From NCBI GenBank assembly GCA_037446635.1, contig JBBIIG010000018.1, positions 34,163 to 70,415 of the forward strand: a stretch of DNA of 36,253 nucleotides, read 5' to 3'. Shown here piece by piece: positions 1 to 9,546 of this stretch. The position numbers and the translations under genes were made by a program. How positions within the stretch are numbered: position 1 is the stretch's first letter; each line of letters opens with the position of its first letter. This DNA comes from a bacterium (lineage in GTDB: Bacteria; Zhuqueibacterota; Zhuqueibacteria; Oceanimicrobiales; Oceanimicrobiaceae). The notes below the pieces were generated by a model. The model was given only the letters and a program-made list of their open reading frames with translations. It did no database searches and was not told the origin of the DNA.

Positions 1-117
1 TTGCTGGGTAATCTCGGCGATAGGGATGTCGTAAATTTCCACCTCGTTCTTTTTGATCAAAAACAACAGCAGATCGAGGGGGCCTTCAAATTTTTCTAAT
101 TGAACGCGATACGGCAT
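1..117 (-). CDS. scpA: Segregation and condensation protein A (5' part only; runs off the window)
   Basis: Manual translation from ATG at 117: [39 protein letters not shown], carrying the ScpA N-terminal [10 protein letters not shown]...E..IYDIPI signature. Not in the ORF track. Confidence 0.92.
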   Translation of the reverse strand, partial: MPYRVQLEKFEGPLDLLLFLIKKNEVEIYDIPIAEITQQ

Positions 118-283
118 TAAAAAAGCCCTTTGTGGTTTGCTTGGCAGGGCTGTGTGATAGCTTTAACTTCCATTTGAGTCAATATGGTGGAGACGGTAGG
201 AGTACGATTCTTGTAAGTCATGTCATGCCCATCTCCTCATAAATTTTCGCCCTGTTGAACCTGGTTTCAAAAAAATGTGTGCC

Positions 284-312
284 AATCTACGACAAAAAAG
301 CTAAATAGTCAA
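284..312 (-). promoter_or_regulatory. Putative sigma-70 promoter for scpA
   Basis: Minus strand TTGACT-17 bp-TAGATT in an AT-rich intergenic region about 165 nt upstream of the scpA ATG. Confidence 0.55.
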
Positions 313-388
313 GTTGTTTTTAAATACAGTAGTTATGAGTGAAATTTTCATGTTGCTACACACTTTGGAGATGCTTAGCGCATAGCTT

Positions 389-553
389 TCAAAACTTCTC
401 CGCCTCCTCAATCAGCATAATGGGAATATCGTCTTTGATGTCATACTTCAGCCGGCAGGTGTGGCAAATCAGCTTTTGATTTTCGCGGTCGTACTCCAAA
501 TCACCTTTGCACTGCGGGCAGGCTAAAATATCAAGCAGTTCCTGGTCAAGCAT
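389..553 (-). CDS. Trm112/YcaR family small zinc-binding protein (54 aa)
   Basis: Manual translation [54 protein letters not shown], matching the LLDILACP..K...Y.I.D.IP.ML motif. Too short for the ORF track. Confidence 0.92.
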   Translation of the reverse strand: MLDQELLDILACPQCKGDLEYDRENQKLICHTCRLKYDIKDDIPIMLIEEAEKF

Positions 554-568
554 GGTTTTTTCTCCAAT

Positions 569-1525
569 TTATTCGTTATAAAATCCCATCCTGGCATATT
601 TTTCAATGCGGGCTTCGATAAGCTGCGCCGCGGGAGTTTTCATCAACTCGTCCAACTCCGCCACAATGTGTTCTTTGAGGATGCGCGCCGCTTCGTCATA
701 ATTTTGGTGGGCGCCGCCGAGCGGTTCCGGCACGGTTTTATCCACCACGCCCAATTCCAGCAAATCCGCGGCGGTAAGCTTCATGGCTTCGGCGGCCTGC
801 TCGGCTTTGGTGCTGTCGCGCCATAAAATGGCGGCGCAGCCTTCCGGGGAGATAACCGAGTACCAGGTGTTTTCCATCATCAAAACCCGGTCGCCGACGC
901 CAATTCCCAGCGCCCCGCCGGAAGCGCCCTCGCCGATAATCACCACGATGATGGGCGTTGGCAGATGTGACATCTCGAACAGGTTGCGGGCGATGGCCTC
1001 AGCCTGGCCGCGCTCCTCGGCGCCAATTCCGGGGAAAGCGCCCGGGGTATCCACCAGCGAGATGATGGGCCGGCGGAACTTGGCCGCTAATTTCATGATG
1101 CGCAGCGCTTTGCGGTAGCCCTCCGGATGCGGCATGCCGAAATTGCGGTGCAATTTTTCTTTGGTGGTGCGGCCTTTTTGATGGCCGACGACCGCCACGT
1201 TGCGGCCGTCCAAAAGCGCAAACCCGCCGACGATGGCCGGATCGTCGCCGTAGGCGCGGTCGCCGTGCAGCTCGAAAAAGTCGCTGGTCATGCGTTCGAT
1301 GTAATCCAGCGTGTAGGGCCGCTGCGGATGCCGAGCCAATTGCACCCGCTGCCAGCGCGTCAGCCGCGAGTAAATATCCGCGCGCAGCTTCTCCGCCTTT
1401 TGCTCTAACTTGGCAATCTCATCGGAAATCTCGACGTTGGTGGCTTCCGAATATTCCTTCATTTCGCGGATGCGCCGCTCCAACTCCACAATCGGTTTCT
1501 CGAATTCCAAAACGTATTCGTTCAT
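569..1525 (-). CDS. accA: Acetyl-CoA carboxylase carboxyltransferase alpha subunit
   Basis: [47 protein letters not shown] and [14 protein letters not shown] motifs. Confidence 0.98.
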   Translation of the reverse strand: MNEYVLEFEKPIVELERRIREMKEYSEATNVEISDEIAKLEQKAEKLRADIYSRLTRWQRVQLARHPQRPYTLDYIERMTSDFFELHGDRAYGDDPAIVGGFALLDGRNVAVVGHQKGRTTKEKLHRNFGMPHPEGYRKALRIMKLAAKFRRPIISLVDTPGAFPGIGAEERGQAEAIARNLFEMSHLPTPIIVVIIGEGASGGALGIGVGDRVLMMENTWYSVISPEGCAAILWRDSTKAEQAAEAMKLTAADLLELGVVDKTVPEPLGGAHQNYDEAARILKEHIVAELDELMKTPAAQLIEARIEKYARMGFYNE

Positions 1526-1527
1526 AG

Positions 1528-3618
1528 TTAGATTTTGAATAGCGCCTTCAAAATAATTTCAATATCCAGCAACAGGGAATAATTTTTGAAATAGTATAAA
1601 TGATACTTATCCTTTTCTTCCGCAGACAATTGCTTATGCCGATTTACCTGCGCCAGCCCCGTCAGCCCAGGTTTGAGATCCAATTTGTTATAGTCGCTCA
1701 GCGCCTCGGCTTCGTCCAGCGCGATCATTTCTTTGCCGACAAAACTAATATCTCCTTTTAAAACCGCCCACAAATAGGGCAGGCGATTGGGCGCTTTGCC
1801 GGGCTGGGCGGCAAACCCATATAAGATAACCTTCCGATCAAAATTTCCAATAATTATTTTTTGCTGCAGCGGCGTCCGCAAAATATATCGCTTAAAAAAA
1901 TAGAACGGCGCGGCGGCCAAAAGCAGCAGCGCGGAGAGAAAAATATCAAAGCCTCTTTTGAGCAGACGATTATGAAAGCGGTGCAGGTTATCATCCAGCG
2001 CCAGCAGCGGCACGTCGTCGATGCGGTCAATGCTCGCCTTGCCGATGATAACCTCGAGATGGCCAGGCGCCAGCTTGAAATTGACGCGCGAACGCCGCGA
2101 CCGCGCGATGACGCTCAAAATGCGGTCGTAGGTGAGCTCGCTGGTGGAAAAAATCACCTCCTGAATTTTTTTGCTTTTGATGATGCCGTCCAACTCCGCA
2201 ATCGAACCCAGAACCGGCGCGCCCTCCACTACCTCGCCGCTGCTTTGGCCGTTCATGCTCACCAGCCCCAGCACGTTGTAGCCGGCATCCACTTGCGAAT
2301 TGAATTTTTGAATCAGCCGCCGCCCGAACTCCAGATCGCCAACGATCAACGTGTTGCGCGCCAGCAGCGTCTTCCCCAGCGTTCCCTGAAACGGGCCGAT
2401 TCCAACCCGCGGCAGCAGGCGCAACATCAGCCGCCAACCGGGCGCAAAGATGAGATTCAACCCGCCAGCCAGCAGCAGCACCGCGCGCGAGAAAGCATAT
2501 TGTTTGAAAAAAAACGTGAACGCCGCGTTGAGCAAAAATCCCGTGATGATGGCCAATGCCGCTTTGGACAACGAAAACGGGTGAACGTCGAAGGAGCCGA
2601 AATATTTGAGCGCACCCAGCCAAACCAGCGAATAAATGATTATCACCGGGACGAAAGATGGCAAATTCTCGAAACCACCGAACCGCAAATAGACACTCAA
2701 CACCAGCGACAGCCCCAGCAGCGCGGCGTCGGTCAGGGGAATGGCGAAGTACTTCAGACTTTTTATGAAAAAGGAAACCGCTGCCCGCGCCCAAATCGCC
2801 AGCCAGAGTACCCAGTACGGCATCAACAAATAACGGGTGTGAAAATGTTTTCGAGCAAACCGGCTCATGGCCTGGTAAAACATTTTCAGATGATCGAACT
2901 GCGAGCGCTTGGAGCTTTCGCCTTTGAAATGAATGATCTGGGTGCCGGCAAAATAATGCACCTTCCAGCCGGCCTGGCGGATGCGATAGCACCAGTCGAG
3001 GTCTTCTCCGTACATAAAAAACGATTCGTCGAGATAGCCGACCGTGTCTAAAACTTCGCGGCGCACCATCATAAACGAGCCGGAGATGGCCTCGACTTCA
3101 TGAGATTGCTCGGGGTCGAGGTAGGTGAGGTTGTAACGGCCAAAAAGCCGGCTCTTGGGAAAAAGGCGGCTCAGGCCGCTGAGCTTGGTGAACGCCACCC
3201 AGGGCGTGGGAAAACTGCGGCGGCAAGCTAACTGCAGGGTACCATCGGGGTTGAGAATTTTACAGCCCACCGCCCCCGCATTCGGAGACTGCTGCATAAA
3301 TTCCAGCAAGCGAGTAAAGGTATCTTCCTGCACAACCGTGTCGGGGTTAAGCAGCAGCAGAAAGCGCCCGCGCGCCATTTTTAACCCCTGGTTCGAGGCT
3401 TTGGCGAAACCCAAGTTCTCCGCGTTGGCGACTAGCACTATCTGCGGAAAACGCTTGCGAACGTGCGCCACGCTGCCGTCGCTGGAATGATTATCCACCA
3501 CCATGATTTCCGACTCGATCCCGCGCAGCGCTTTGATCACGGAAACCAGCGTCTGCTCCAGAAACTCTTTGACGTTGTAATTGACAATGATTACCGAAAG
3601 CTCGGGCGTCGGTTTCAT
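1528..3618 (-). CDS. GT2 glycosyltransferase fused to a membrane region, a Rossmann-like domain and a degenerate WcaJ/PglC-type phosphoglycosyl-transferase domain
   Basis: N-terminal [22 protein letters not shown] and [10 protein letters not shown] (GT2); several TM helices; C-terminal KRGFDI...[13 protein letters not shown]...[11 protein letters not shown]...[13 protein letters not shown]. Start set at ATG 3618, which overlaps the upstream stop as ATGA. Confidence 0.85.
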   Translation of the reverse strand: MKPTPELSVIIVNYNVKEFLEQTLVSVIKALRGIESEIMVVDNHSSDGSVAHVRKRFPQIVLVANAENLGFAKASNQGLKMARGRFLLLLNPDTVVQEDTFTRLLEFMQQSPNAGAVGCKILNPDGTLQLACRRSFPTPWVAFTKLSGLSRLFPKSRLFGRYNLTYLDPEQSHEVEAISGSFMMVRREVLDTVGYLDESFFMYGEDLDWCYRIRQAGWKVHYFAGTQIIHFKGESSKRSQFDHLKMFYQAMSRFARKHFHTRYLLMPYWVLWLAIWARAAVSFFIKSLKYFAIPLTDAALLGLSLVLSVYLRFGGFENLPSFVPVIIIYSLVWLGALKYFGSFDVHPFSLSKAALAIITGFLLNAAFTFFFKQYAFSRAVLLLAGGLNLIFAPGWRLMLRLLPRVGIGPFQGTLGKTLLARNTLIVGDLEFGRRLIQKFNSQVDAGYNVLGLVSMNGQSSGEVVEGAPVLGSIAELDGIIKSKKIQEVIFSTSELTYDRILSVIARSRRSRVNFKLAPGHLEVIIGKASIDRIDDVPLLALDDNLHRFHNRLLKRGFDIFLSALLLLAAAPFYFFKRYILRTPLQQKIIIGNFDRKVILYGFAAQPGKAPNRLPYLWAVLKGDISFVGKEMIALDEAEALSDYNKLDLKPGLTGLAQVNRHKQLSAEEKDKYHLYYFKNYSLLLDIEIILKALFKI

Positions 3619-4337
3619 TTCGGCTTCCGCAAAAAGTTGGATAGTCCTAATTTCCAAACCACCCAGGCGGCTTCCCACATCACCTTGCTCGACATCTTGG
3701 AATCGCCTTTGGTGCGATCGATAAAAATAATCGGAATTTCACAAATCTTGAAGCCCTTTCTCCAGGCTTTGAAGGTCATCTCGATTTGAAAAGCGTAACC
3801 GTCGCTGGAGATGTTGTCGAGATCGATGCTTTCCAAAACTTCCCGCCGAAAGCACTTGAAGCCGCTGGTGCAGTCGTGCACCGGCAGCCGGGTGATCACC
3901 CGGCTGTAGGTGTTGGCGGCAAGGCTGATGAGCAGACGCGACAACGGCCAATTGATGACATTGACGCCGGTGGCGTAGCGCGAACCGATCACGAGATCGT
4001 ATTCTTCGATTTTCTCTAAGAAGCGCGGTATCTCTTTCGGGTCGTGGGAAAAGTCGGCGTCCATTTCAAAAATAAAATCGAAGCCCTCTTTCAAAGCATA
4101 CTTGAACCCCTCCACGTAGGCGGTTCCCAATCCCATTTTAGCGGGCCGCTGAAACAAGCGAATTTGCGAATCGTTGGTTATCAACTCTTGAACGATTTTC
4201 GCCGTCCCGTCCGGAGAATTGTCGTCAACAACTAAAGCGTGAAGATTGGGAATATTAAGATGCACAATGGCTTTGAGAAGCTTCTTGATGTTTTCAGCTT
4301 CGTTGAATGTTGGAATGATGACGAGGCTTTTTTTCAT
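3615..4337 (-). CDS. Polyprenol monophosphomannose synthase (Dpm1/Ppm1-like GT2)
   Basis: IIPTFNEAENI, VDDNSPDGT, KMGLGTAY, EMDADFSHDP, DLVIGSRY, DCTSGFKCFRR and GYAFQIEM motifs. Confidence 0.9.
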   Translation of the reverse strand: MKKSLVIIPTFNEAENIKKLLKAIVHLNIPNLHALVVDDNSPDGTAKIVQELITNDSQIRLFQRPAKMGLGTAYVEGFKYALKEGFDFIFEMDADFSHDPKEIPRFLEKIEEYDLVIGSRYATGVNVINWPLSRLLISLAANTYSRVITRLPVHDCTSGFKCFRREVLESIDLDNISSDGYAFQIEMTFKAWRKGFKICEIPIIFIDRTKGDSKMSSKVMWEAAWVVWKLGLSNFLRKPK

Positions 4338-4346
4338 GCGCGGCGA

Positions 4347-5282
4347 TCACGTCCTGGTGGATTTTAACTGCTGTTTGAATATTTTTAGTCCCTCTTCCAC
4401 GCCGCACAGCTCGATTCCCAACTCGCGGGCGGTTTTGCTGAGATCGAAATGGGAGTGCATGGGGCGCACCGCCTTCTGATTCAAATCCGCCGTTTTCGCC
4501 CGCTGAATCAAGCTGACATCGAATCCGAAAATCTGCGCCAGCTTAATGGCGAAATCGTAGCGGCTGAGGTAGTCGGTGCCACAGACATGAAACACGCCGG
4601 TCTTTTTCAACTCCGCCATTCGCAGGATGGCTTTCGCGAGATCGTCCACCAACGTGGGATGGCCAAACTGATCGTCCACAATTTTCACGGTTTCGCCTTT
4701 CGATAATTTGTCCACCAGCCAGGTGGCAAAGTTGGGCCGCAGGCCGCGGCCGGTTCCGTACAAAATCATTGTCCGCACAATAGTGTACTCGGCGCCGCTG
4801 GCGATGACCGCGTTTTCCCCCGCCAATTTCGAACGGCCGTAGTAGCTCAGAGGATTGGGTTTGGAATCTTCGGCGTACTGAACGCCCTCTTTGCCGTCGA
4901 ACAGATAATCGGTGGAAATATGAATGATCCAGGCATCGATGCTTTGGGCGGCGTGGGCCAAATTTTCCACGCCGTGCACATTGACGTTCCAACATTCCTC
5001 GCGGTAAGCTTCACAACCATCGACATTGGTATAGGCGGCGGCGTTGATGACCATCTTCGGCTTGATGTCGCGAATGGCCTTGCGGACGACAGCGCGCTCT
5101 ACGATATCACAATTGATGTAATGGAAATCTTCAAAATCGAGCGGCGGCTTTGGTTTACGTCCAGCCCCAATTATTTCATACTTTTCCGAAAAGGCTTGCA
5201 CCAGTTTTTGGCCCAGCAGGCCATTCGCTCCAAAAATCATTACTTTGTCTTTGTGCAACTTGAGATTTGCCATTGTAAGCAT
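4347..5282 (-). CDS. rfbD: dTDP-4-dehydrorhamnose reductase (RmlD-like SDR)
   Basis: GANGLLG, NAAAYTNVDGCE, HISTDYLFDG, YGRSKLAGE and VDDQFGHPT motifs. Start may instead be ATG 5273. Confidence 0.88.
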   Translation of the reverse strand: MLTMANLKLHKDKVMIFGANGLLGQKLVQAFSEKYEIIGAGRKPKPPLDFEDFHYINCDIVERAVVRKAIRDIKPKMVINAAAYTNVDGCEAYREECWNVNVHGVENLAHAAQSIDAWIIHISTDYLFDGKEGVQYAEDSKPNPLSYYGRSKLAGENAVIASGAEYTIVRTMILYGTGRGLRPNFATWLVDKLSKGETVKIVDDQFGHPTLVDDLAKAILRMAELKKTGVFHVCGTDYLSRYDFAIKLAQIFGFDVSLIQRAKTADLNQKAVRPMHSHFDLSKTARELGIELCGVEEGLKIFKQQLKSTRT

Positions 5283-5291
5283 CCAATCTCT

Positions 5292-6224
5292 CTAAAAATT
5301 AGCGTCAAATTTTTTCAACAAATCCGGAATTGCTTTGGCGCCGGAGCTGCCGATGAAAGTGCAGTTGATAGCCGCCACTTTCGAGGCAAATTTCGTGGCT
5401 TGCAGAACATCGCGGACGGCGAAATATTTGACGAGGTAACCGGCGGCAAAGGCGTCGCCGCAGCCAATGATGTCCACCACGTCGGTAACGGGGTACGCTT
5501 TGATGCGTTCCACTCGCGGGCAGCCATCGTTCAGATAAAAAAGCAAAGAACCTTTTTCGCCTAAAGTGATATGACAGACCTTCGGGCGCATCCGCAAACA
5601 CAGCTCGCCGAACGCAATCAAAGAATCTGGCGAGTCGCCCGCGCCCGAGCCGGCGAGGGTGCGCGCTTCCATTTCGTTGAGCTGCAACACGTCGGTGAGT
5701 TCAATCCACTCCTGCCAATCGTCGGGCCGGCGGTAATAACGCCGGCCGGCTTCATCAATTCCCATCGCGCGGGTGTGGAAGTCGAGGTAAATCAGCGCGG
5801 GGGATTGCCGGCGAAATTGCGCCAGTGCGGACAAATCCACGTCCACGCCGGAGACGAGATTGACCAGCACGGCGTCGGCGTCCGTTAAAATTTCCAGTTC
5901 GGAAAAATTCAGCGGGGGCATCGGTTCCGTGGTGATTTCGTAGCGCTCCTGCGGGCCGGTGTACACCAGCTTCACCTGCGTGTGCGTGCGGGAAATTTTT
6001 TGGATGCCGTCGAGCCGAATGTTTTTGTATTCGGCGAGCCACTTGATGAGCAGGTCGTAAAAGTCCTCGCCCACGAACGACACTGGATAAATTTCGGTTG
6101 CGCGATCCGCTAAACTGGCCAGAAACGAGACCGTAAAAAAAATCCCGCCAATGCTCTCCACCGCTTCGCCTTTGTAGGGGAAAATACGGTCACGGATGAA
6201 GGTGCCGACGACGCCGATTTTCAT
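5292..6224 (-). CDS. PfkB/ribokinase family carbohydrate kinase
   Basis: LQLNEMEA, ITLGEKGS and VDIIGCGDAFAAGYL (PfkB signature). Confidence 0.85.
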   Translation of the reverse strand: MKIGVVGTFIRDRIFPYKGEAVESIGGIFFTVSFLASLADRATEIYPVSFVGEDFYDLLIKWLAEYKNIRLDGIQKISRTHTQVKLVYTGPQERYEITTEPMPPLNFSELEILTDADAVLVNLVSGVDVDLSALAQFRRQSPALIYLDFHTRAMGIDEAGRRYYRRPDDWQEWIELTDVLQLNEMEARTLAGSGAGDSPDSLIAFGELCLRMRPKVCHITLGEKGSLLFYLNDGCPRVERIKAYPVTDVVDIIGCGDAFAAGYLVKYFAVRDVLQATKFASKVAAINCTFIGSSGAKAIPDLLKKFDANF

Positions 6225-6305
6225 GGATTGATGTCTTAATTTTTAAGGTTTCTCTCACAATCTCCAAGTTTCCGACGGATTCCAGATTTCGCCTATCCTC
6301 CTATC

Positions 6306-6875
6306 CTATAATTTCCAACCTCTGATTTTATTTGCTTCTCGAATAAAATCACGGTGGGGCCTATCACTCAAAGATGGCGGAACCGGGATCATGGGTCTTA
6401 ATTCATTGCGAAACCTTGTTGCCTCTCCATCAAGGCCCATTTTTTTCAGTTCTATTTCTTTATTTCCTTTATTATGCGAGGCCATTCCATTGATATAAGC
6501 CTTCCGCAACGCCTCTTCGCGAATTTGGATTGAGGGAGAGGCACCAAGCAATCCCCGATGTTTTGAATAATCAAACCCTGCGAATACCTCTCCTTTGTTC
6601 CACCAACCGAGAATTAATGTTTTTTCGTCTGGGAAAGAATCGAAGCCCTTGATTCCAGTAATTTGGATACGGAACTCATCGATTGGTCTCCGAAAACCAC
6701 CTCCGTGGGTCAGGTGCCAAATATAAATTCTAAGCAGGTAACTTCTTTCATCTTTATAAACTCTCAATAAGAAGGGATGCTGGTGAATACTCGACACATA
6801 AAGAACATTCCAGTTAGAATCATGGATTGCCTGTACCAGAATTTCTAACAGATCGTATTTTTTATGCCTGGCCAT
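6306..6875 (-). pseudogene. Probable restriction endonuclease partner of the adjacent methylase, apparently missing its catalytic (HNH-type) segment
   Basis: AT-rich ORF overlapping the methylase 3' end. The N-terminus (IYIWHLTHGGG..RP.DEFRIQITG) resembles, from recall, R-M-associated HNH proteins, but the 189-aa product has no Cys or HNH motif. Confidence 0.5.
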
Positions 6876-7781
6876 CGGTCATCTGATAAGTGAACAAAGT
6901 CGGTATGTTTTCAAAACGAAATTTACTTCCCATCAAATATTCTTCACATAACTCAAATGCAATCCATTTACGACCGAGAATTTCTGCTACATAACCAGTA
7001 GTATTAGAACCACTGAAAGGATCGAGCACCAGATCTTTTTCATCTGTTAAGAAATTGATGAAAAACTCGGCAAATTCTTTTGGAAATCTCGCAGGATGAG
7101 GCTTTATACCGACTTCGGCGCACCTTCTTAGGTATGCGCTGTTTGATTCCGTGTTGGCGATTTCCAAAAGATTAGGAGGAATAGCACCATCGTTGTCCTT
7201 GCCAAAATTCTCAGATATATCATGGCCGCTTGGTCGCAATTTTGCCCTATAACCATTCTTTAGAAGTTGCTTCATACTTTCACTGTATGGTTTGAGAACC
7301 TTCCGATTATCAGCTTTGGGGTATTCCGTTTTCGACAGCCAGTACACTATATTAATGGAATCTTTGACCCGAATGCGTCTTACATTAACCCATTCAGCAG
7401 GCGCTGGCAATCGTGAAGGATTATAGTGAAAAAACTCCTGTGCTAAAAAAAATCCAATTTCTCTACAAAGCCTTACTAAAAGTTCAAACTGATAAATGCT
7501 TCTAACCGGATGCCCGGGCAAATAACCCCCCCCAAATCCAAAACAAAAGAGCCGTCATCCGTAAGTATGCGTTTAAACTCTCTCGCGAATACGAGAAACC
7601 AATCGATATACTCATCCGCTGATTTGTTACCGTACTCTTTTTTCCGGGTGAGTGCAAATGGCGGAGATGTTAGAATCAGGTTGACGCAACTATCGGGAAG
7701 ATATTTCATTAACTCGAGACTGTCCCCCAAATAGGCGCTTCCCAACGGTGTGGAGTAGAAAGGTTTTACATTTTTCAACAT
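6862..7781 (-). pseudogene. M.PvuII-like beta-class amino-methyltransferase (N4-C/N6-A), split by a 1-nt frameshift
   Basis: 5' ORF has GDSLELM...LILTSPPFAL..KKEYGN; 3' ORF has NPSRLPAPAEWVN, HPARFP and VLDPFSGSNTTG. The frames join at the G8 tract 7526-7533; adding one base gives DLGGxYLPGHPVRSIY. Confidence 0.9.
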
Positions 7782-7851
7782 AACTCACCCCTCAAGCATT
7801 ACTCAACAAAACTACAAAACAAGAGGATTTCACGCAACCAGATTTCTTTCT

Positions 7852-9165
7852 TCACGCATACGGATAAAACACATAAAACAGCAGCGACAACCCGCTCAAC
7901 ACCCACAGTCCCGGTTTCACTTCGCGGGCGCGGCCGGCCGCTAATTTGAAAATCGGATACAGCACAAATCCCGCGGTGATGCCCACGCCGATATTGAACG
8001 TGAAGCTCATCAGCACAATCACCGCAAACGCTGGAAAAAGCTCGGTGTAATCTTCCAAATCAATTTTGCGAATCGGGGTCAGCATCAAATAGCCAACGAC
8101 GATCAAAGCCGGGCCGTAAGCCTGCGGCGGCACGGCCGTCAAAAATGGCGCGAAGAACAGCGCCAGCACAAATAGCAGCGCAACCACTAGCGCGGTGAAG
8201 CCGGTGCGCCCACCGGCCTCCACACCCGAGGCCGACTCGATGTACGCACCCGCCGGCGTGGTTCCCACCACCGCCGCAAACGTCGTGGCCAGCGCATCCG
8301 CCAGCATGGGTTTTTCGATTTGCGGAAGGTTACCGTTTTCATCCAAAAAGCCGGCGCGCGCGGAAACGCCGATGAGCGTACCCATGGTATCCACAAACGC
8401 CATCACAAAAATGGTAAGTACAATGCCAAAAAATCCCCACTGGAACACTCCCGCCAAATCGAGTTTAAGAAACGTTGGTGCGAGACTCGGTGGCAGGCTC
8501 AACCATTTTTCCGGAAGTTTCGCAACATCAAAAATGAACGCAACAAAAGTCGTAATCACGATGCCCAATAAAATGGCGCCCGGCACTTTGCGCAGCATCA
8601 AGATCGTGATGAGCAAGAATCCGAAAATTGCCACCAGCACGCCGGCGCTGGTGACATCGCCGATTTTCACCGGCGCGCCCGGCACGCCCAGCGTCACGAT
8701 GCCGGTGGCGTTCAATCCAATAAACGTCATAAACAACCCGATGCCTACGGAAAAACTGTAGCGCAATCCTTGTGGGATTGCTTCCACCAGCCATTGGCGA
8801 AGGCGCAAAATGGTCAGCAGCACAAACAAAACGCCGCCCACGAACACCGCGCCCAGCGCCGCCTGCCAACTGTATCCCAACACCACTACTACGGTGTACG
8901 CGATGAAGGCATTTTCGCCCATGTAGGGCGCGATGGCAAACGGACGCCTGGCATATAAACCCATGAACAGCGTTCCCAACGCGGCGGTGAGAATCGTGGC
9001 CACCATCGAGGCGCCGAAGGGGAGGCCGGCGGCTTCTAAAATTTTTGGGTTGACCACGATGATGTACGACATGGTCATAAACGTGGTCACGCCGCCAATG
9101 ATTTCATTGCGAAACGACGTGCGATGTTTTTCGAACTCGAAGTAGCGCTGGAATTTGTTTGTCAA
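7852..9165 (-). CDS. NCS2/AzgA-like purine (guanine/hypoxanthine/adenine) permease
   Basis: EIIGGVTTFMTMSYIIVVNP, APYMGENAF, FVDTMGTL and YIESASGVEAGGRTG motifs; many TM helices; TTG start. Confidence 0.93.
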   Translation of the reverse strand: MTNKFQRYFEFEKHRTSFRNEIIGGVTTFMTMSYIIVVNPKILEAAGLPFGASMVATILTAALGTLFMGLYARRPFAIAPYMGENAFIAYTVVVVLGYSWQAALGAVFVGGVLFVLLTILRLRQWLVEAIPQGLRYSFSVGIGLFMTFIGLNATGIVTLGVPGAPVKIGDVTSAGVLVAIFGFLLITILMLRKVPGAILLGIVITTFVAFIFDVAKLPEKWLSLPPSLAPTFLKLDLAGVFQWGFFGIVLTIFVMAFVDTMGTLIGVSARAGFLDENGNLPQIEKPMLADALATTFAAVVGTTPAGAYIESASGVEAGGRTGFTALVVALLFVLALFFAPFLTAVPPQAYGPALIVVGYLMLTPIRKIDLEDYTELFPAFAVIVLMSFTFNIGVGITAGFVLYPIFKLAAGRAREVKPGLWVLSGLSLLFYVFYPYA

Positions 9166-9231
9166 AATTCACCTTGACTTTCGGGGAAAATACGTGAGAT
9201 TCTGCACAGGTCTAATTTGGAGAGCTCAAGC

Positions 9232-9546
9232 ATGACCGTTGATGAAATTCGTAAATTTGTTAAAGCCCGTCCGTTTCGGATGTTTAAAATTCATGTTGAT
9301 AATGGTGAAAAATATCTCATCACGCATCCGGAAAACATTTTCGTTACTAACACGATCATTGTCACCGTTGATGAGAACGGCGACTCCATTTTCATTACTC
9401 CAGAGTCCATTAGCACGATTCGACAGATCGCTGAGCAACCTAGCCAGACAAGATTCCCTTACCGCCGTACTTCTTTATCCCTCTCACCCAGCATCACCGA
9501 CTCGCTTCACTACCGACAGCGGCCGCTGCCTCCTGCGCGGTTTTGA
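9232..9546 (+). CDS. Small hypothetical protein (MTVDEIRKFVKARPFRMFKIH...HPE type)
   Basis: ATG 9232 preceded by GGAGAG; AT-rich. The first ~65 aa look globular; the C-terminal tail overlaps the convergent gene by 53 nt and may be read-through. Confidence 0.6.
   Translation: MTVDEIRKFVKARPFRMFKIHVDNGEKYLITHPENIFVTNTIIVTVDENGDSIFITPESISTIRQIAEQPSQTRFPYRRTSLSLSPSITDSLHYRQRPLPPARF

Noticed and set aside
1861..3051. Long antisense and alternate-frame ORFs (e.g. 1861-3051 +, 2027-2992 -, 13366-14253 +, 21274-21966 +, 22936-23721 +, 33979-34770 -)
   Set aside because: They shadow well-supported genes in GC-rich sequence and show no recognisable motifs.
6225..7850. The R-M insert as a prophage or integrative element
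   Set aside because: It is AT-rich and probably acquired, but no integrase, transposase or flanking direct repeat was found.
9166..9231. Possible purine riboswitch upstream of the NCS2 permease
   Set aside because: Only 66 nt separate it from the divergent ORF and no purine-aptamer core is recognisable.
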